Part shown: piece after piece, positions 28,201-36,771 of the stretch | Layout: each line of letters opens with the position of its first letter | Position numbering within the stretch: the stretch's first letter is position 1 | NCBI GenBank assembly: GCA_045538555.1 | Contig: JAZSRP010000043.1 | Coordinates: 9,616 to 73,615 of the forward strand | Length of the DNA: 64,000 bases | Direction of reading: 5' to 3' | Source of the DNA: Eubacteriales bacterium | GTDB taxonomy: Bacteria > Bacillota > Clostridia > Oscillospirales > CAG-382 | The notes under the pieces: generated by a model | The model's input: the letters and a program-made list of their open reading frames with translations, nothing else | What the model was told of the DNA's origin: nothing | Database searches by the model: none | Program-made: the position numbers and the translations under genes

Positions 28201-28296
28201 GTCGATAATGGAAACGAATATGTGATTCCTGCTGAAGGATACATCAAACTTGCAGCCGATGGTACGGTTGTATTGAAAGGGGAGGGAGACAGATGA
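25285..28296 (+). CDS. Large secreted protein of unknown function, DUF5696-like (possible TIM-barrel glycoside-hydrolase-like core)
   Basis: Signal peptide (MKNKFIRSLALIVCVMMIFSSLTCLSAFA) followed by a (T/S)SG linker repeat. The C-terminal half has a barrel-like pattern (VKVKLTGWYNGGM..GGEEGFKDLLDYANQNGITIFPDIEL). The family name is from memory and is unverified. Confidence 0.5.
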   Translation: MKNKFIRSLALIVCVMMIFSSLTCLSAFADNSDTSSATTSGTTSGTTSGSTSGSTSGDTSEEDIWETLQPAYMQTAFTSIVKRMEGNDTIAPMICYAVVEGYAFYGDPLTGEMVFLKLTDPTLTKEVIEESGVIPDYTAYYCTNPYNIGSSAAIGNESGQQTAASEKEKLYSQLIIKYTDNDKDTEMNSFTDAAVRNQITVKNIRNGVRVEYTVGREEVNYLVPRLIKADKLLALRDQIAANSQIARDARTFMAFYMHKDLEDPNLSEKGKAEMEAQYPITKQFPIYVCEPLISTQELLRLERLVVQYTTYDYETLEADHAETDYESSDEVPALFKLALEYKVDGNEITIRCKSGNIRFDSSVYKLSDIVLLPYGGAGDCNNEGYLFSPDGSGSLLNFSDFYEEFNNTTPLYGQDYAYHTISGANYEVARLPVFGVYQKVENNSTEIQKQPVLDEQGQPTYDEEGNPIMEDVEVSVPLEIAYLAVVETGSSLANITTRYGGNLHMYASVYTSFNPRPKDSYVLDGGISAGTDAMWTVESKRKYTGDYKIRLFILDGTEDGDVAPGIGDAEKSYSDMAAAYRTYLLEEGVLTKLEDTKENIPLYLETLGAIETTRTVLGVPVTTTVAMTRFEDTKNVLETLKNEGVTNVKVKLTGWYNGGMIPYVPTSIDIEKCMGGEEGFKDLLDYANQNGITIFPDIELSLAFRDKTFDGFDSGDDLSQTIDERSAIMKEYDPIWQGYIKTGIGVISPNFMKELYTKAYEDYGTLNVGAISVGSVGKYLSSDFNTDNPLTREDSRELIAQLMSAIAENNNKVLVSGGNEYVLEYVTDIIELPLDDSRYKHSYATVPFMSMVLHGTKEYAGTALNLAGDYNYQVLKSIESGAAPYFVVASQNTSEMKQYTYSILAQYYSIRCNIWLADIIKTYKEMNEALCDVQSESIRKHELLTADGKVSKVTYSNGVSFYINYRITDYTVVDNGNEYVIPAEGYIKLAADGTVVLKGEGDR

Positions 28297-29294
28297 CAAA
28301 CGACATGACCAAAAAAACCAAGGTTTCTTCTCCTTCTGAATCTGCGCCCGTAAAACAAAAGAAGCGCAGATCCAAATCACTTCAAACTCAAAAATCCCGT
28401 ATGGGTTGGGTGTTTATATCACCGTTTTTGATCGGATTTTTCCTGATCTATCTGCCCATGATTGTTGAATCGGTTCAGTTTTCGTTCAGCAAGGTCATCA
28501 TTCAGGGCGGCGGCGGATTCAAGCTCGAAAACGTTGGCTGGGAGAACTACTCCTACGCAATACTCAAAGACGTTGACTTTGTAGAAACACTCATCTCCAG
28601 CATTAAGGAATTGTTGTTCAACGTTCCCGCAATCGTTATTTTCTCGTTGTTTATGGCAGTTATGCTCAACCAGAAAATGCGCGGCAGAGCGATTTTCAGA
28701 GCAATATTCTTTATCCCGGTCATTGTTTCTACAGGTATTATTGAGTCGATTGACTTGAGAAACAGCCTTGCTGCAAACATGGAGTCCATGACTCAGGGCG
28801 AGACCGGTATGGACAATACCAGCGCAGGAAACCAGATCATTTCAGCAATGGACGTTGCTGCTTTGTTTGGAAGCATGAGGGTCGGCGGTCAGCTTGTTGG
28901 CTACGTTACTACTATTGTCAATGATGTGTACGATATCGTCAACAAGTCCGGTGTACAGATGCTTATATTCCTTGCAGGTCTTCAGTCCATTTCTCCTGCA
29001 ATCTATGAGTCCTGCTATATTGACGGCGCTTCCGCATGGGAGACTTTCTGGAAAATCACATTCCCGATGATCAGCCCCATGATACTTGTAAATGCTGTCT
29101 ATACGGTCATTGACTCGTTCACGTCACAGTCCAATCAGGTTATGACCTATATTTCTGCGGTCTATAACTCACAGAACGGTACTGTCAGAGCAACGGCGAT
29201 GTCCTGGATGTACTTCCTGCTCGTCGTAGCAATTCTGGCTCTGGTGGCAGGTTTGCTGAGTGCATACGTCTTCTATCAGAGACGCGATACTTGA
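28293..29294 (+). CDS. Carbohydrate ABC transporter permease (MalF-like), pair 2
   Basis: ATGA overlap with the upstream gene and a GGGAGGGAG RBS. The EAA-loop is YESCYIDGASAWETFWKITFPMISP. Confidence 0.85.
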   Translation: MTNDMTKKTKVSSPSESAPVKQKKRRSKSLQTQKSRMGWVFISPFLIGFFLIYLPMIVESVQFSFSKVIIQGGGGFKLENVGWENYSYAILKDVDFVETLISSIKELLFNVPAIVIFSLFMAVMLNQKMRGRAIFRAIFFIPVIVSTGIIESIDLRNSLAANMESMTQGETGMDNTSAGNQIISAMDVAALFGSMRVGGQLVGYVTTIVNDVYDIVNKSGVQMLIFLAGLQSISPAIYESCYIDGASAWETFWKITFPMISPMILVNAVYTVIDSFTSQSNQVMTYISAVYNSQNGTVRATAMSWMYFLLVVAILALVAGLLSAYVFYQRRDT

Positions 29295-29313
29295 GAAAGG
29301 AGGAACAGCTTTT

Positions 29314-30390
29314 ATGGATACTTCCACAATGACAAAGCAAGAGTTGAAGGAATACCAAAAACAACTCAAGCGCGAAGAAGCCATCCGCAAGATCAAGATG
29401 CAGGAAAAGACTCCGTTTTGGATGAGACTGAAGTACAAGTATCTCACTTTCTACTTCCTGAAAAAATTGGCCTGGTCCCTGTTTAGATTCATCCTTTTGG
29501 TTGGTATTTCTTACGTTATCCTGTTCCCCTATATCTCCAAAATCGCCGGTTCGTTCATGAGCCGTGAGGATTTTACGGACGTTACCGTAAAGCTTATTGC
29601 AAAATATCCTACTCTCGATACATACAAAGCAGTTATTACCGATAACCAGTATTTCAAAGCACTTTTCAACACGTCTGTGCTTTCTGTGCTTTGCGGTGTA
29701 TCACAGATGCTGATTTGTTCTATCGTTGGTTATGGTTTTGCAAAATTCAAGTTCAGATTCAAAAAACTCTTGTTCCTGTGCGTCATTTTTACAATGATTG
29801 TTCCCCATGAGACCATCCAGCTGTCAATGTTCATGAAATTTAGATATTTTGACATCTGGGGTATCTACGGATTTATCGCCAAGAACATTTTTGGATCCAC
29901 CGAAGCCACTCCCGCTATTTGTAATATGCTCAACTCCTATTGGCCGTTTATGGTTTTGTCAATCACCGGTCTTGCATTCAAAAACGGGTTGTACATTTAC
30001 ATCATGCGTCAGTACTTCAACGGTGTACCCGATGAGCTTGAGGAAGCAGCGTACGTTGATGGCGCAGGCGTTATCAAGACTTTTGTGAGAATTATTCTTC
30101 CGATGTCAGTTCCCATGCTTGTTACCATCTTTATGTTTGCGTTCTCTTGGCAGTGGTCCGACACCTTCTACACCGGCCTCTTCTTTACAACCACCAAGGG
30201 CAGAGTACTGCTTCCTGATATTGTAAAGATTCCCGCTTCACTGGATACTGACTATGTAGCACAGACAGCATATGAAGCAGCTATCAGAAATACCTGCGGA
30301 TTGCTTATACTTGCTCCGTTAGTTATCATCTATATGTTTGCTCAGCGTACTCTGATCGAAGGCGTAGAGCGCAGCGGTCTGACCGGCTGA
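29314..30390 (+). CDS. Carbohydrate ABC transporter permease (MalG-like) with ~60-aa charged N-terminal extension, pair 2
   Basis: The AAGGAGG RBS supports ATG 29314. The EAA-loop is EEAAYVDGAGVIKTFVRIILPMSVP. Confidence 0.85.
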   Translation: MDTSTMTKQELKEYQKQLKREEAIRKIKMQEKTPFWMRLKYKYLTFYFLKKLAWSLFRFILLVGISYVILFPYISKIAGSFMSREDFTDVTVKLIAKYPTLDTYKAVITDNQYFKALFNTSVLSVLCGVSQMLICSIVGYGFAKFKFRFKKLLFLCVIFTMIVPHETIQLSMFMKFRYFDIWGIYGFIAKNIFGSTEATPAICNMLNSYWPFMVLSITGLAFKNGLYIYIMRQYFNGVPDELEEAAYVDGAGVIKTFVRIILPMSVPMLVTIFMFAFSWQWSDTFYTGLFFTTTKGRVLLPDIVKIPASLDTDYVAQTAYEAAIRNTCGLLILAPLVIIYMFAQRTLIEGVERSGLTG

Positions 30391-30408
30391 TACCGTTTTT
30401 GCATGAAT

Positions 30409-30447
30409 ATGCCCGTACACCTGATGGTGTACGGGCATGTTTTTTTG
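30409..30447 (+). terminator. Rho-independent terminator closing the ABC locus
   Basis: atgcccgtacacc-tgat-ggtgtacgggcat followed by a T7 run. Confidence 0.85.
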
Positions 30448-30561
30448 GTACGTACTGCAATTAAAATCAACAAAAATCAAAGCTCTTTATTGGTGAAAAT
30501 GAATCGCAAAAGGTGTTGAAAAAATGCGGAAACTATGATAAAATAAACAATTGGTGATAGT

Positions 30562-31206
30562 ATGTATTTTGAAAATGTTTTCTTTGATTGGAACGGAACT
30601 CTGTATGACGATGCAATGGCCTCTGTCCTGGCGGTAAACCATATGCTGCGCGACCGTGACAGATTGCCAATTACCCTTGAAAACTACAGGGAAATGATAG
30701 AAATCCCAATCGAAAATTTTTATAAAAAAGTGTTGGATATGTCCCTCGAGAATATGGACGATCTGTCAGTAGAATTCAACACGTTATATAAAAAAAATCT
30801 GCCCGATTGTCCGGTAGCGCCAAATGTTAAGCAAACCTTGGAGACCCTGTCACAGATGGGTGTACATATGTATATATTTTCATCAAGTGCATGCGACATC
30901 ATTTTGCCTCACCTGAAAAAATGGGGTATGGAAAAATATTTCTGTACCGTGCTGGGTGCTTCGGATTGCTATGTTACAAGCAAAACAGAGCGCACTGCAA
31001 AGTATATTTTTGAAAATAATATTGATCCGCAAAAAACACTTTTTGTAGGTGATATGGTTCACGACAGAGAGGTTGCACAGCATGTTGGTTCTGAATGTTT
31101 GCTGGTATCCTACGGGCACCAATCGGAGTCAGCGTTGAAAGAAACCGGAATGCCTGTGATAAGCGATATTTCTTGCCTTTCCCATATTGTAAAAAACGGT
31201 TTTTGA
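30562..31206 (+). CDS. HAD-superfamily hydrolase (phosphoglycolate-phosphatase-like)
   Basis: Motif I is FDWNGTLYDD, motif II is IFSSS, and motif IV is GDMVHD. The residue at nucleophile+2 is Asn rather than Asp. Confidence 0.7.
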   Translation: MYFENVFFDWNGTLYDDAMASVLAVNHMLRDRDRLPITLENYREMIEIPIENFYKKVLDMSLENMDDLSVEFNTLYKKNLPDCPVAPNVKQTLETLSQMGVHMYIFSSSACDIILPHLKKWGMEKYFCTVLGASDCYVTSKTERTAKYIFENNIDPQKTLFVGDMVHDREVAQHVGSECLLVSYGHQSESALKETGMPVISDISCLSHIVKNGF

Positions 31207-31238
31207 TACATAGATTATAATTTCTTTGGAGTATGAAT

Positions 31239-32699
31239 ATGAAACGAATCGGTTTTGATTGTGATAAATACGTTGAGCTACAAACCAAGCATATCCGTGA
31301 ACGGATCGATCAGTTTGGCGGAAAGCTATTTGATGATTTTCATGCCGCACGAGTACTTCCCGGTTTTAAGCCAAGTATAAAGATCGATATGCTCAGCGAG
31401 CTCAAGGACGTTGCAGAGATCGTAATCACCATCAATGCAAATGATATCGAAAAAAACAAGGTTCGCGGTGATCTTGGTATAACATATGATCAAGAGGTTT
31501 TGCGCCTCATTGATGCATTTCGTGCCTGCGGACTATATGTTGGGAGCGTTGTGCTTGCACAGTATAATTCACAACCGGCCGCAAAAGCGTTTCAGCAACG
31601 TCTTGAAAAGCTTGGTGTAACAACATATAAGCACTATACTATCGAAGGATATCCTTCAAATATAAAGCTCATTGTCAGCGAACAAGGGTATGGCAAAAAC
31701 GAGTATATTCACACTACCAGAAAACTAATTGTCGTTACTGCGCCCGGCCCCGGGAGCGGAAAAATGGCAACCTGTCTCTCGCAGCTCTATCATGAGCATG
31801 AAATGGGTGTTAAAGCAGGTTATGCAAAATTTGAGACTTTTCCTATCTGGAATATTCCTCTGAAGCATCCTGTTAACGTCGCTTACGAGGCTGCTACTGC
31901 CGACCTTGACGACAACAACGTTATTGATCCTTTCCATCTTGAAGCATACGGCGTACAGACAGTCAACTATAACCGCGACGTAGAGATATATCCTGTTTTA
32001 AATGCGATATTCGAACGTATATATGGTTATTCTCCTTATAAATCGCCTACTGATATGGGCGTAAATATGGTTGGACAAGCCATTATTGACGATGACGCCT
32101 GCCGTGAAGCAGGAAAGCAGGAAATTATACGGAGATACTATGAGGCGCTTTGTCAGCAGAGAAAGGGAATGGGCAGGGATGAGACCGTTTACAAAATCGA
32201 ACTGCTTATGAACAGATTGGGTCTTTCCATTGAAGATCGCGCAGTTGCTGTTGCTGCTGTCAAAAAAGCACAAGAAACGGGTGCTCCGGCAGCAGCGCTT
32301 CAGCTTCACGACGGCAGGATTATTACAGGTAGAACAAGCTCTCTCCTTGGCGCTTCCAGTGCAATGCTTCTCAATGCGCTAAAAACTCTTGCAGGAATTG
32401 ATGATTCAATCTGCCTCATTTCTCCTTCTGTTATAGAACCTATCCAGGATCTAAAAATAAAGCATCTTCGCAACAGGAACCCCAGACTGCATACTGATGA
32501 GGTTTTGATAGCGCTCTCTGTATGTGCAGTTACTGACAAAAATGCCCGCAATGCGCTTGATCAGCTGGAGAATCTGTCTTGCTGTGAGATGCATTCCTCT
32601 GTTCTGCTGTCGCAGGTAGATGAAAAACTGATACATCGACTTGGCATCAACCTTACAAGTGAACCGGTTTATCAAACAAAAAAGCTTTATCATGCATAG
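31239..32699 (+). CDS. DUF1846 / UPF0371 family protein
   Basis: The N-terminus GFDCDKYVELQTKHIRERI..FGGKLFDDFHAARVLPGFKP matches my memory of UPF0371 proteins. The GGAG RBS favours the second ATG at 31239. Confidence 0.6.
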   Translation: MKRIGFDCDKYVELQTKHIRERIDQFGGKLFDDFHAARVLPGFKPSIKIDMLSELKDVAEIVITINANDIEKNKVRGDLGITYDQEVLRLIDAFRACGLYVGSVVLAQYNSQPAAKAFQQRLEKLGVTTYKHYTIEGYPSNIKLIVSEQGYGKNEYIHTTRKLIVVTAPGPGSGKMATCLSQLYHEHEMGVKAGYAKFETFPIWNIPLKHPVNVAYEAATADLDDNNVIDPFHLEAYGVQTVNYNRDVEIYPVLNAIFERIYGYSPYKSPTDMGVNMVGQAIIDDDACREAGKQEIIRRYYEALCQQRKGMGRDETVYKIELLMNRLGLSIEDRAVAVAAVKKAQETGAPAAALQLHDGRIITGRTSSLLGASSAMLLNALKTLAGIDDSICLISPSVIEPIQDLKIKHLRNRNPRLHTDEVLIALSVCAVTDKNARNALDQLENLSCCEMHSSVLLSQVDEKLIHRLGINLTSEPVYQTKKLYHA

Positions 32700-32752
32700 C
32701 TATATCTTGCATAATATAAATCCCCCCCTCGCATCGAGGTGAAACGTATAAT

Positions 32753-34165
32753 ATGTTTTTAAAATTTTTTACTGCAGCAGGTATGTCAAAAAGAATCAAA
32801 CCACTTGGCGAGCTTCCTGATACTCGACAGTTGTACGGAGGGTTTATCAAGGTTGCGTGGCCGGCAATTGTTGAATCTGTGTTGATGAGCTTGGTAAATC
32901 TCATTGACACAAAAATGGTTTCGGTTTTGGGATCAAGTGCTGTGGCAGCAGTGGGGCTTACCACACAGCCGAGAATGATATTTTTTGCTGTATTTTTTGC
33001 GATGAACATTGCGGTTACAGCAATTGTGTCTCGGCGAAAAGGTCAAAACGACCGTGATGGTGCCAATGAGTCTTTGGGTCAAGCAATTTCACTTGTATCT
33101 GTACTTGCTGTATTTTTGTGCGGAGCCGCAATTGTTTCTGCGGAGCCGTTGCTATTGTTTGCAGGTGCAAAAGAAGACACTATTGCTGATTCGATGATAT
33201 ATTTTAGGATCACAATGTTTGGCCTTGTGTTCACGTCGATCGGAATGATCATCAACGCAGCACAGCGCGGATGCGGAAACACAAAGATATCAATGCGGAC
33301 AAATATTGTTGCCAATATTACCAATATATGTCTCAATTACTGTCTGATCAGTGGTCATTTGTATTTTCCTGCTCTTGGTGTAAAAGGTGCAGCCATTGCA
33401 ACGGTTGTTGGAAATTTTGCATCGTTTTGCATGAGCTTGTGGTCATTGCATAACAAAAACGGCTTTTTAAGATTTAATTTCAAGTATCTTTTCCGATGGA
33501 AAAAATCATTGCTTTCAACGATTATAAAAATATCGATGGGAGCAGGAACAGAACAGATATTTATGCGTGTAGGATTCTTTGCATATGCAAAAATGGTTGC
33601 TGAGCTTGGTACAGCTGAGTTTGCAACCCACACGATATGCATGAATATCATTACAATTTCATTCGCATGCGGTGACGGACTCAGCATGGCAGCTTCTTCA
33701 CTGGTTGGTCAAAATCTCGGTAAACGAAGACCGGATATTTCAACTCTGTTTGGAAAAACAGGACAAAGAATCGGTTTGTTCTTTTCGGGACTGCTGGTGT
33801 TGATATTTGTGTTTGCCGGAAAATTCATGGTCTCGATGTTCACTGATATCGGTGACGTAAACTATGAGTATATTATATATGCAGGCACACTGATCATGTA
33901 CCTTATGGCAATCGTTACACCGGCGCAGATATCGCAAGTTATATACAATGGTGTTTTGCGTGGCGCAGGAGATACAAAATACGTTGCAATCACGTCAGCG
34001 GTTACCATTGCTTTTGTTCGTCCGGTGCTGACATATATTATGTGCTTCCCATTGGGATGGGGATTGTACGGTGCTTGGATAAGCTTGGTAGTAGATCAGT
34101 ATTTGAGACTATTGTTTTCCGTAAAACGCTTTGCAAACGGAAGATGGAGCAAAATAGAGATTTGA
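32753..34165 (+). CDS. MATE family efflux transporter
   Basis: About 12 TM helices in a typical MATE arrangement (AWPAIVESVLMSLVNLIDT.., GAGDTKY). Confidence 0.8.
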   Translation: MFLKFFTAAGMSKRIKPLGELPDTRQLYGGFIKVAWPAIVESVLMSLVNLIDTKMVSVLGSSAVAAVGLTTQPRMIFFAVFFAMNIAVTAIVSRRKGQNDRDGANESLGQAISLVSVLAVFLCGAAIVSAEPLLLFAGAKEDTIADSMIYFRITMFGLVFTSIGMIINAAQRGCGNTKISMRTNIVANITNICLNYCLISGHLYFPALGVKGAAIATVVGNFASFCMSLWSLHNKNGFLRFNFKYLFRWKKSLLSTIIKISMGAGTEQIFMRVGFFAYAKMVAELGTAEFATHTICMNIITISFACGDGLSMAASSLVGQNLGKRRPDISTLFGKTGQRIGLFFSGLLVLIFVFAGKFMVSMFTDIGDVNYEYIIYAGTLIMYLMAIVTPAQISQVIYNGVLRGAGDTKYVAITSAVTIAFVRPVLTYIMCFPLGWGLYGAWISLVVDQYLRLLFSVKRFANGRWSKIEI

Positions 34166-34190
34166 TAAAATGTTTTGGAGGAATAGGGAA

Positions 34191-35687
34191 ATGACAAAAC
34201 AACAGGCATTGGAAGAAATTAAAAAATATCAATCTGCCAAAAGCGCATTGAGCCACGCAAGTGCACTCATATATTATGATGCTGCAACTCTTGCTCCCGA
34301 AGGAAGCATAGAGATACGCACCTACACGCTGGGCGAGCTTGCCAGAATGGAATATGAGCTTGAGACATCTCCTGCCCATGTCGAATCGCTGGAAACATTG
34401 TACCCTATCAGAGATGAGCTTTCTTTTGTAGAAAAAAGAACCGTTGAGGAAATGTGGCGCAACTATGATCGTGTAAGAAAAATTCCCATGGACGAAATGG
34501 TTGAATTTGAGATGCACCTGTCCGAGTCTGACGCTGTGTGGCACAAGGCAAAAGAAAACAACGATTTTGCATCATTTGAGCCCTATCTCCAAAAAACTTT
34601 TGACACATTGAAAAAATTTGCATCATATACCGATCCCGACAAGGATCCCTATGATGTCGCACTTGATCAGTACGAAAGAGGTTTGACTCAGGAGAAATGC
34701 GACAAATTTTTTACTTCACTTCGCAAAAAAATCGTTCCTCTCATAAACTCTGTCTGCAACGCAAAACAGATCGATGATGCTGTTCTTCATCTCAACTTTC
34801 CGGTTGAACAACAGCGTAGATTCAGCGACTTTTTGGTTGATGTTATGGACATTGACAAAAAATATTTTACCATAGGCGAGACAGAGCATCCTTTTACTAT
34901 TGACATGTCAAAAAAGGATGTACGCATAACAACTCATTATTATGAGGATGCACTCGCAAGCTCTCTTTACAGTGTTGTTCACGAGTGCGGGCACGCTCTG
35001 TACGAACTCAATACAGGTGACGATCTATTCAGAACCGTTCTGGGCGGCGGTGTTTCTATGGCGATCCATGAGAGCCAGTCAAGATTTTATGAAAATATTA
35101 TTGGCAGAAGCAGAGAGTTTTGCGCTGTTATTTTGCCGTTTCTTAAAAAAGAATTTCCCCAGCAGCTCAAAGATGTGGACGAGGATTCATTCTATCGAAT
35201 GATCAACCGTTCCGAGCCATCCCTCATCCGTACTGAAGCAGATGAGCTCACATATTGCCTCCATGTTATGATAAGGTACGAATTGGAGAAAAAGATGTTT
35301 GCCGGAGAACTGACTGCAAAGGAGCTTCCTGCAGAATGGAACAGACTTTACAAGGAGTACCTTGGTATTGATGTTCCGGACGATAAAAACGGTGTGCTTC
35401 AGGACAGCCATTGGTCAAATGCAAATATTGGTTATTTTCCGTCATATGCTTTGGGGTCTGCATACGGTGCACAGATTCTCAAGGAAATGAAAAAGGATAT
35501 TGATGTAGAGTCCGTTGTTGCATCAGGCAGGCTCACCGCCATAAACGACTGGCTCAGAGAGAAAATTTGGAAATTTGGATGTCTCTACGATCCTTCTCAA
35601 CTGTTCAACATAGTGTGCGGTGAGTTTGATCCCGACGTTTACGTAGATTATTTGCAAAACAAGTTTTCTGACATCTATGGTCTTTGA
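34191..35687 (+). CDS. Carboxypeptidase M32 (Taq-type metallocarboxypeptidase)
   Basis: Motifs HPF, HEXXH (VHECGHALYE), HESQSRFYEN and IRTEADELTY. Start at ATG 34191, after GGAGG. Confidence 0.85.
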   Translation: MTKQQALEEIKKYQSAKSALSHASALIYYDAATLAPEGSIEIRTYTLGELARMEYELETSPAHVESLETLYPIRDELSFVEKRTVEEMWRNYDRVRKIPMDEMVEFEMHLSESDAVWHKAKENNDFASFEPYLQKTFDTLKKFASYTDPDKDPYDVALDQYERGLTQEKCDKFFTSLRKKIVPLINSVCNAKQIDDAVLHLNFPVEQQRRFSDFLVDVMDIDKKYFTIGETEHPFTIDMSKKDVRITTHYYEDALASSLYSVVHECGHALYELNTGDDLFRTVLGGGVSMAIHESQSRFYENIIGRSREFCAVILPFLKKEFPQQLKDVDEDSFYRMINRSEPSLIRTEADELTYCLHVMIRYELEKKMFAGELTAKELPAEWNRLYKEYLGIDVPDDKNGVLQDSHWSNANIGYFPSYALGSAYGAQILKEMKKDIDVESVVASGRLTAINDWLREKIWKFGCLYDPSQLFNIVCGEFDPDVYVDYLQNKFSDIYGL

Positions 35688-35695
35688 GGTGAAAA

Positions 35696-35905
35696 ATGAG
35701 CTATCTGGTTGGTGAAGAGGTATTGGACTCCGGTGACAGAGTCATCATTACCTGGACGGACAGAACGGAAACGCTTGCTGAATATAAAAACACATACGGT
35801 TACACACATATTTTTGAACCCATCAATCCACAGGGGAAGGAAATAAAGCTTTCAAACCATTTCATGCGATTGAAGGGTATATATATCCGACGCGCAGAAG
35901 AATAG
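35696..35905 (+). CDS. Hypothetical small protein (69 aa)
   Basis: GAGGTG RBS, tightly packed between its neighbours. I recognise no family. Confidence 0.45.
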   Translation: MSYLVGEEVLDSGDRVIITWTDRTETLAEYKNTYGYTHIFEPINPQGKEIKLSNHFMRLKGIYIRRAEE

Positions 35906-35913
35906 GAATTTTC

Positions 35914-36771
35914 ATGAACAAAAACACCAATATGATCGATCTTCACACTCATTCAAATTGCTCTGACGGTTCAATGACTCCCATTGAGCTTGTCCACCAT
36001 GCAAAAATCAACGGTCTTTCTGCCATTGCGCTGACAGACCATGATTCTGTTGATGGCATTTCACGGGCACTTGAAGAGGGAAACAGTATTGGTCTTGAGG
36101 TTGTTCCCGGCATTGAGTTTTCTGTTCAATCAGAGACAGAGACCCACATTCTTGGTTTTTTCATCGATCACAAATCCCACTTACTGCAGGATGCCATAGA
36201 AAATATTCGTTCTGTGAGAACAACACGCATCGAAAATACCTGTAAAAAGCTGGGACATCTTGGTTTTGACGTATCAATGGAAGAAGTACGTGAACTTGCA
36301 CCCTCAGGACTTATCGGAAGAGCTCATTTTGCAAAGCTGCTTGTAAAAAAAGGGTATACCTCTTCTGTAAAGGAAGGATTTGACAAATATCTTTCCAACG
36401 GAAAATATGCCTATGACGGTTCACAATACCTGACTGCGTCCGATGCAATCTCTCTCATTAGAGATTGCGGCGGAGTCAGCTTTCTTGCACATCCTCATTT
36501 GACTCGGCTGCCCGAAGAACGATTGATCGCTTTTTTGGAAGAACTGAAAAGTTTTGGACTTTCGGGTCTTGAGGGCTATTATAGCGAGTACACTCCGGAA
36601 ATGCAAAAATATTTTTGCAGTTTGGCTGACAAAATGGGACTTGACGTTTCCGGTGGCAGTGATTTTCATGCCGATATGAAACCTCATATAAGCATTGGAA
36701 AAGGTATGGGGAATCTTTATATACCATATTCTGTATTGGCAAAAATAAAGGAGATTGCCCATGTGGGCTAA
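35914..36771 (+). CDS. PHP-domain phosphoesterase (TrpH/YciV-like)
   Basis: N-terminal IDLHTHSNCSDGS, then LTDHDS and FLAHPH motifs. Confidence 0.8.
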   Translation: MNKNTNMIDLHTHSNCSDGSMTPIELVHHAKINGLSAIALTDHDSVDGISRALEEGNSIGLEVVPGIEFSVQSETETHILGFFIDHKSHLLQDAIENIRSVRTTRIENTCKKLGHLGFDVSMEEVRELAPSGLIGRAHFAKLLVKKGYTSSVKEGFDKYLSNGKYAYDGSQYLTASDAISLIRDCGGVSFLAHPHLTRLPEERLIAFLEELKSFGLSGLEGYYSEYTPEMQKYFCSLADKMGLDVSGGSDFHADMKPHISIGKGMGNLYIPYSVLAKIKEIAHVG

